Positions 59,164-64,000 of a DNA stretch of 64,000 bases are shown piece by piece (position 1 is the first letter of the stretch; the number at the start of each line of letters is the position of its first letter). The position numbers and the translations under genes are program-made. This stretch comes from an uncultured Gemmatimonadaceae bacterium (GTDB lineage Bacteria; Gemmatimonadota; Gemmatimonadetes; Gemmatimonadales; Gemmatimonadaceae). The DNA is taken from assembly GCA_963761305.1 (NCBI GenBank), contig CAVXGK010000002.1, forward strand, positions 3,008,001 to 3,072,000, given 5' to 3'. A model generated the notes under the pieces. It did not search any database, was not told where the DNA came from, and was given only the letters and a program-made list of their open reading frames with translations.

Positions 59164-59192
59164 TCCGCATCCCTCCACCCGAGGATACCCGA

Positions 59193-60626
59193 ATGATTCG
59201 ATGGCGATGGTGCGCCGCGCTCCTGCTGGCCGGCGCAGGGTCGGTTGCCGTCGCGCAAGAGACGCCGACGGAACGTGATGCCGCGCGCGACGTCGTCCAC
59301 AAGCTCGATTCGCTCGAGAAGGCGCTCAACCTCCCGGCGCTCGTCGCCAAACTCACCGGGCCGAACGCGGCCCGCGACCAGGTCGCCGCGCGCGCCAAGG
59401 AGCTGATGGACACCGAGCTGCTCGCGATGGGCGACGACATCACGCGGCATCCTGAGATCGGATTCGAGGAGAAACGGTCGGTCCAGATCCTGACCGACTA
59501 TCTCAAGAAACACGACTTCACGGTACAGATGGGAACGCCCGGTCTCCCGACCGCGTTCATCGCCCGCTACACGAAATCGACCGGCTCACCGAACCTCGGC
59601 GTCATCCTCGAGTACGACGCGCTGCGCGGTACGAAGGGCGCGTTCCACGGCGATCAACACAGCACCCAAGGGCCGATCGGCATCGCGGCCGCCGTGGCGA
59701 TTGCCGAGTATCTCTCGAAGACGAAGACGCCGGGAACGGTGACCGTGTTCGGCACGCCCGGCGAAGAGATGATGCCGCCGAACGCGAAGACGGTGATGTT
59801 CACCTCGCACGTTTTCGACGGCGTGGACATTCTCGTCCGCAGTCATTCGACGATGGTCACGAGCCGGCCGGCGGCGGGCTTCGGGACGTGCTGCATGAAC
59901 ATCGACGGCGTGAAGTACACGTTCAGCGGCGCGCCTGCGCACCAACTCACGGCGTGGAACGGCCGCAACGCGCTCACGGCGGTCATCCACCTGTTCGACA
60001 ACATCGACGGGCTGCGGAGCAACATGCGGCCCGAGGCGCGCATCCAAGGCGTGATCACCGAAGGCGGCGCGGCGCCGAATGTCGTGCCCGACAAGACGGC
60101 CGCGGATTTCTACGTCCGCTATCCCGACGAGGTGTACCTCGCGCAAGAGCTGCAGCTGGTGGATGACGCGGCGCGCGCCGCGGCGTTGGCGACCGGCACC
60201 AAGGTCAAGATCGACCATTACGGCGAGAGTCGCGACGGCGTGAGCATCGGCTCCATCAACGAAGTCGCGTTCGGGTATCTCAAGAAATACGGCGGCCAGA
60301 ACGTGCAGCCAGAACCGGGCAAGCCGCAGGGCTACGAGGAGACCGGCAGCGTGTCGAGCGCGGTCCCGGGCGGCGAATTCAGCGCCATGACTTCCACCGC
60401 GCCGAATCACACCTACGAGATGTTGGCCGACGCGACGTCACCGGTTGGACATCGCGGCTTCGTCACCGACGCGCAGGCGATGGCCGCGCTGCTGTATGAT
60501 TTCGCGACGCGATCCGATTATCGCGCGATGGTCAAGCGCGAGTTCGACACCATCCACGCGCTCCACGCCGAGTACCTCGAGGACCTCAAGAAAGTGTACG
60601 TGGTTCCGAAGGTGCCGGAGCCGTAG
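59193..60626 (+). CDS. Secreted M20 family amidohydrolase / peptidase dimerisation domain protein
   Basis: ATG 59193 with signal peptide; HPEIGFEE, EYDAL, GTPGEE, GAPAH...PW-like AWNGRNAL, GGAAPNVVPD. Confidence 0.88.
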   Translation: MIRWRWCAALLLAGAGSVAVAQETPTERDAARDVVHKLDSLEKALNLPALVAKLTGPNAARDQVAARAKELMDTELLAMGDDITRHPEIGFEEKRSVQILTDYLKKHDFTVQMGTPGLPTAFIARYTKSTGSPNLGVILEYDALRGTKGAFHGDQHSTQGPIGIAAAVAIAEYLSKTKTPGTVTVFGTPGEEMMPPNAKTVMFTSHVFDGVDILVRSHSTMVTSRPAAGFGTCCMNIDGVKYTFSGAPAHQLTAWNGRNALTAVIHLFDNIDGLRSNMRPEARIQGVITEGGAAPNVVPDKTAADFYVRYPDEVYLAQELQLVDDAARAAALATGTKVKIDHYGESRDGVSIGSINEVAFGYLKKYGGQNVQPEPGKPQGYEETGSVSSAVPGGEFSAMTSTAPNHTYEMLADATSPVGHRGFVTDAQAMAALLYDFATRSDYRAMVKREFDTIHALHAEYLEDLKKVYVVPKVPEP

Positions 60627-60670
60627 GGTCAGCTCATTCGCGCGCGAGTCTCGAGGGCGGTCAGCAAGAC

Positions 60671-60769
60671 TCAACGCAGATGCCGCAGACTGAAAAACAA
60701 TTGCCGCAGATGGACCGGGAGTTGTCCATCTGCGGCAATTGCAGTTCCGATCGGCGGCATCTGCGTTGA
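60671..60769. repeat. Palindromic element, family B (copy 3)
   Basis: Outer arms tcaacgcagatgccgc / gcggcatctgcgttga; inner perfect 18-bp arms caattgccgcagatggac / gtccatctgcggcaattg. Confidence 0.88.
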
Positions 60770-60825
60770 ATTCGCTTGCCCCGGTCAGTAGCCCGACTGG
60801 CGAGTCAGCCCAGCAGAACTGTCGT

Positions 60826-62196
60826 TCACCTCTTGATTCCCGGCCCCGGAAGTGCTCCGCTGCCTGGCAGGTTCGCAGCGGTCGGCGGCGGACCAACCGG
60901 CCTCGGAGGAGGCGCAGGCTCCTGGCTGTCGAGCATGCCGCGCGACACCAGCTGCGCGGCGAGGACGGTCTGAATCACGCTCGTGATGTTGTTCGTCGTA
61001 GCGTTGGGGGCACCGCCGTTTTCGCCCCCGGAGATCGTGATCAGCTTCGCGTCCGACAGCGCACCGGCGATGACAGGCGCGATCTGCGGCAGCATTTCGA
61101 TCTGGCGATAGCGGAAGTACGACTCGCCGCCCACGGCGATCGCCTGATTCACCTTTTGGATCGCCTCTGCCTGCGCCTCGGCGATCTTGCGAATGCGGAT
61201 CGCTTCGGCGTCGGCGCCGGCCTCGGCTTCGAGTCGCACGCGCGCGGCATCGGCCTTTGCTTGCGCGATCTGCGTCGCGTCGAGCTCGGCCGTGCGCTGC
61301 AGACCGGCGGCTTCCTGTCGCTTGGCTTCGGCCTGCGCGACCAGCGCCGCGTTACTGGCTTTCGTCTGCTCGAGCTCACGAGTCTTGTCGGAGATGGCGC
61401 GCTCGGCCTCGAGCTGCGCTTCCTTGGCGCGCCGGGTCTGGGTCGCCGCGACGATGTCCGCGTTTGCCTGTGCCACCGCCGCGGATTGCCGGCGTCGCGA
61501 CTCGGCGACTTCGGACTGCACGACCTTGATGTTCAACGAATTGAAGATGAGCCCAAGGTCGGTCAGTTCGCGCGAACACGCTTTCCGGATGATCACGGCG
61601 AGCGGATCGTCCTCGTCCTCGATCGCGGAGCCTTCGCTGGGGACGAGCGCCGTCGGCACGGCGCGGACCGGGACGAGCGCGGCCGCTTCCCCCGGGGGCA
61701 ACGCGTGCACGGGCGCCGCCTTGGCCGAGAATAGCTGGTCGTGCGTGAGCAGGTTCATCGCGCGCCGGCCCGAGCTCGAGAGCAGGTCGGTGAGCGTACT
61801 GAGTTGGTCGGCGTCGCTCTTCGAGAAAAAGCGGTTCGCCGCGGTCCTGATCAACGCGTCGGTGTCGCCAACCGAGACGATGGCGCTCGCCAGCACGCGC
61901 ACCTTGATCGGCGCCGGCGTGCCGGTCGCGTCGATGTCGGCCGTCTGGTCCGTGATGTCCAGATCGATGTTGATGACCTTGCTCGAGATCGTCGTGCCCG
62001 TGGTGAGCAGCGGGATTTCCTTGGACTTGCCCGGTCCGCGATAGATGACCGTGCCGCCCGTCAGCCAGCTGACGAGGCGAATGGTGCCTGCTTCGACGTT
62101 GCGAAGAATGCTGGAGACGATGGCCGGGATGACGATGAGCACGAACCCGACGACGACCGCCCCGATGATGACAGGAGTTGTGATGAGCGATTGCAT
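60826..62196 (-). CDS. Flotillin-like SPFH domain protein
   Basis: N-terminal TM helix, AANRFFSK...LTDLGLIFNSLNIK SPFH-like region, AEA-rich coiled coil, EMLPQIA...AKLITI flotillin tail. Confidence 0.85.
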   Translation of the reverse strand: MQSLITTPVIIGAVVVGFVLIVIPAIVSSILRNVEAGTIRLVSWLTGGTVIYRGPGKSKEIPLLTTGTTISSKVINIDLDITDQTADIDATGTPAPIKVRVLASAIVSVGDTDALIRTAANRFFSKSDADQLSTLTDLLSSSGRRAMNLLTHDQLFSAKAAPVHALPPGEAAALVPVRAVPTALVPSEGSAIEDEDDPLAVIIRKACSRELTDLGLIFNSLNIKVVQSEVAESRRRQSAAVAQANADIVAATQTRRAKEAQLEAERAISDKTRELEQTKASNAALVAQAEAKRQEAAGLQRTAELDATQIAQAKADAARVRLEAEAGADAEAIRIRKIAEAQAEAIQKVNQAIAVGGESYFRYRQIEMLPQIAPVIAGALSDAKLITISGGENGGAPNATTNNITSVIQTVLAAQLVSRGMLDSQEPAPPPRPVGPPPTAANLPGSGALPGPGIKR

Positions 62197-62227
62197 GAGC
62201 GACTCCGCGAAGGAGACGAGAGGGTGT

Positions 62228-62878
62228 TTAGAGGACTGATACCGTGCAGGTCTGGCGTTCCGCGTTCACGTCGTCGATGCGAAGCCGCTGGCCGGCGCGA
62301 ACGCGCGCGCCGAGCAATCGGTCCTGCGGTTGCAGCGTAGCGAGGATCTGCAGCACCTGTCCGTCCACTTCCAATGACACGATGCCCTGCCCGTTGGCGT
62401 CGAACGAGCTGACGGCGACGGCTTCGTCGGCGACAGCGCTCTCGAGCGTTTGCGCCGGCCGCGACGCGAACCGCATCGCGAAGTTCCAGATCGGCGACAC
62501 GAGGAAACGCTCGAACGCCACCGCGCCGACGATCGCCACTCCCGGCAGAATCACGCCGGGAAGCAGGGAGTGCAGCATCGTACCGGTCGCGCCGAAGCCC
62601 AACATGAGGCTGAACAAGAATCGCGGCGACGTGACGAGCCAGAACGCGCGGCCGGTGACGCGGCCACCGAGCGTGTGCGAGGCGCGGGCGGCCATTCCCG
62701 CGTGCGAGTGCGTGTGAACGAGGCCGTGAACGTGGCCACCCCCGGCCGCGCCGCCGTGTGCGTGTCCGCCGCCACGCGCGACCGCGCCCTGGTGTCCGCC
62801 TCGACTCCCGAGGCCACCAAGCGCCATGGCCGTGAAGCCGATCGCGCCCAGCACCATGCTCGAGATGTAGAGGTCCAT
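62228..62878 (-). CDS. NfeD/YqiJ-like membrane protein, flotillin partner
   Basis: TM helices, Gly/His-rich loop, FSLMLGFGATG and C-terminal OB-like G.G.V...VDGQ...A...G..L.I..V; directly upstream of the flotillin gene. Confidence 0.78.
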   Translation of the reverse strand: MDLYISSMVLGAIGFTAMALGGLGSRGGHQGAVARGGGHAHGGAAGGGHVHGLVHTHSHAGMAARASHTLGGRVTGRAFWLVTSPRFLFSLMLGFGATGTMLHSLLPGVILPGVAIVGAVAFERFLVSPIWNFAMRFASRPAQTLESAVADEAVAVSSFDANGQGIVSLEVDGQVLQILATLQPQDRLLGARVRAGQRLRIDDVNAERQTCTVSVL

Positions 62879-63105
62879 CGTTCGGGAGATTGGGTTTCGT
62901 GCGACGTCAAACACAACGAGACACTGGCTCGCGAAGTTGCAGCGCTCGCGATGTGGCCGTGGTCTCGTGAGTTATGCTACCGCTTCGGCGGCGGTTCGGT
63001 AACCGGTGTCTCGACGGTCGTGCGCGGAAACCGCTATTTGGGCACTTGCGCTTTCAGAAACTCTAGTCGGCGATCAGGGGTCGCACGCGACGTTGTCCAT
63101 CGACC

Positions 63106-64000
63106 CTACGCCATCGCGCTCGCCGGTTCGACGACCTCCGGACTCTCGGGCTGCCTCGCGGGCTTGAACAACAGACCGAACAGGAGGAACACCGCGAACG
63201 CACCGACGGCCGGCACCATCCAGATCGCGTGCCAGTCGTGAACGACCTGCGTGCACGCCGCCGCGCCGTTGCACGACGGACTCGGGGTCGCGTACCTCGC
63301 GACGACTCGTCCCGACACCGACGCGCCGACGAAGTAGCCGACGCCGTTGGTGACGAAGTTGATGAAGCCCTGCGCCGCGGCGCGAACCTTCTCGCCGGCG
63401 CGCTGGTCGGTGTAGATCTGGCCGCTCACGAAAAAGAAGTCGTAGCACACCCCATGGAGCAGGATGCCGGCGTAGAGCAGCCACATCCCGCCGCCGATGT
63501 TGCCGTTGGCGAAGGAGAAGTAGCGCAGCCCCCAGGCCAGCATGCCGACGAGCATGATCGCCTTGATCCCGAAGCGGCGCAGCGCGAACGGGAGCATCAA
63601 CATGAAGAAGATCTCGGACATCTGGCCGAACGTCTGGATGAACGCCGGCTCCGGTGCCTTGATCTCGTTCAGGAAGAGATTGGTGAACGTGTAGTAGAAC
63701 TGGAGCGGAATGCAGAGCAGGAACGATCCCAACGCGAACATGAAGAAGTCGCGGCTGCGCAGGAGGCTCAGCGCGTCGAGTCCGAGCGCGTCGCGCACGC
63801 TGAACGGCGCCCCCGTCGCCTTGGGCGGCGTGTGCGGCAGCACCAGCGAGTAGAGCCCCAGCACGACCGACGCGCCGGCCGCGATTTGCATCGGGAGCGC
63901 CAGCGCGTCGGCGCGCAGGACCTTACCGACGAGAATCCCGGCGACGATCCACCCGATCGTGCCCAGCACGCGAATGATCGGGAAGTCGCGCGCCGGATCG
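63106..64000 (-). CDS. Nucleoside:H+ symporter (NupG/XapB-type MFS), 3' part; runs off the window end
   Basis: [53 protein letters not shown]. Confidence 0.92.
   Translation of the reverse strand, partial: DPARDFPIIRVLGTIGWIVAGILVGKVLRADALALPMQIAAGASVVLGLYSLVLPHTPPKATGAPFSVRDALGLDALSLLRSRDFFMFALGSFLLCIPLQFYYTFTNLFLNEIKAPEPAFIQTFGQMSEIFFMLMLPFALRRFGIKAIMLVGMLAWGLRYFSFANGNIGGGMWLLYAGILLHGVCYDFFFVSGQIYTDQRAGEKVRAAAQGFINFVTNGVGYFVGASVSGRVVARYATPSPSCNGAAACTQVVHDWHAIWMVPAVGAFAVFLLFGLLFKPARQPESPEVVEPASAMA

Overview
High-GC bacterial genomic DNA. Gene content (Tat-exported glycosidases, S9/S41/M24/M20 peptidases with Gly-Arg-rich inserts, carboxypeptidase-regulatory-domain proteins, type III glutamine synthetase) suggests a Gemmatimonadota-like organism; this is inference. 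About 45 protein genes and one tRNA-Cys(GCA) are supported: an RND efflux operon with two adaptors, several MFS/POT/DAACS transporters, an ECF sigma/anti-sigma pair, a GSIII-GNAT-TIR run, a dispersed L-arabinose/glycan utilisation region (araD, araB, a FucI-like isomerase, a binding protein, GH127, GH31, GH43, GH27 and one unclassified GH-like protein), a peptidase cluster and an NfeD/flotillin pair. No integrase, transposase, rRNA or CRISPR array was seen. The most unusual signals are: (1) a ~400-bp degenerate 7-nt-periodic array directly upstream of an unannotated helical protein (45.6-46.8 kb); (2) a single-pass membrane TIR protein with two tandem extracytoplasmic beta-repeat domains; (3) a ~1-kb islet beside tRNA-Cys bounded by a duplicated 3' end of the GH127 gene, where one copy carries a palindromic element and the other lacks it; (4) two families of dispersed nested-palindrome elements; (5) three clear and one possible +1 frameshift between 52 and 59 kb, possibly sequencing errors. 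All product calls come from motif recognition by eye, with no database searches.
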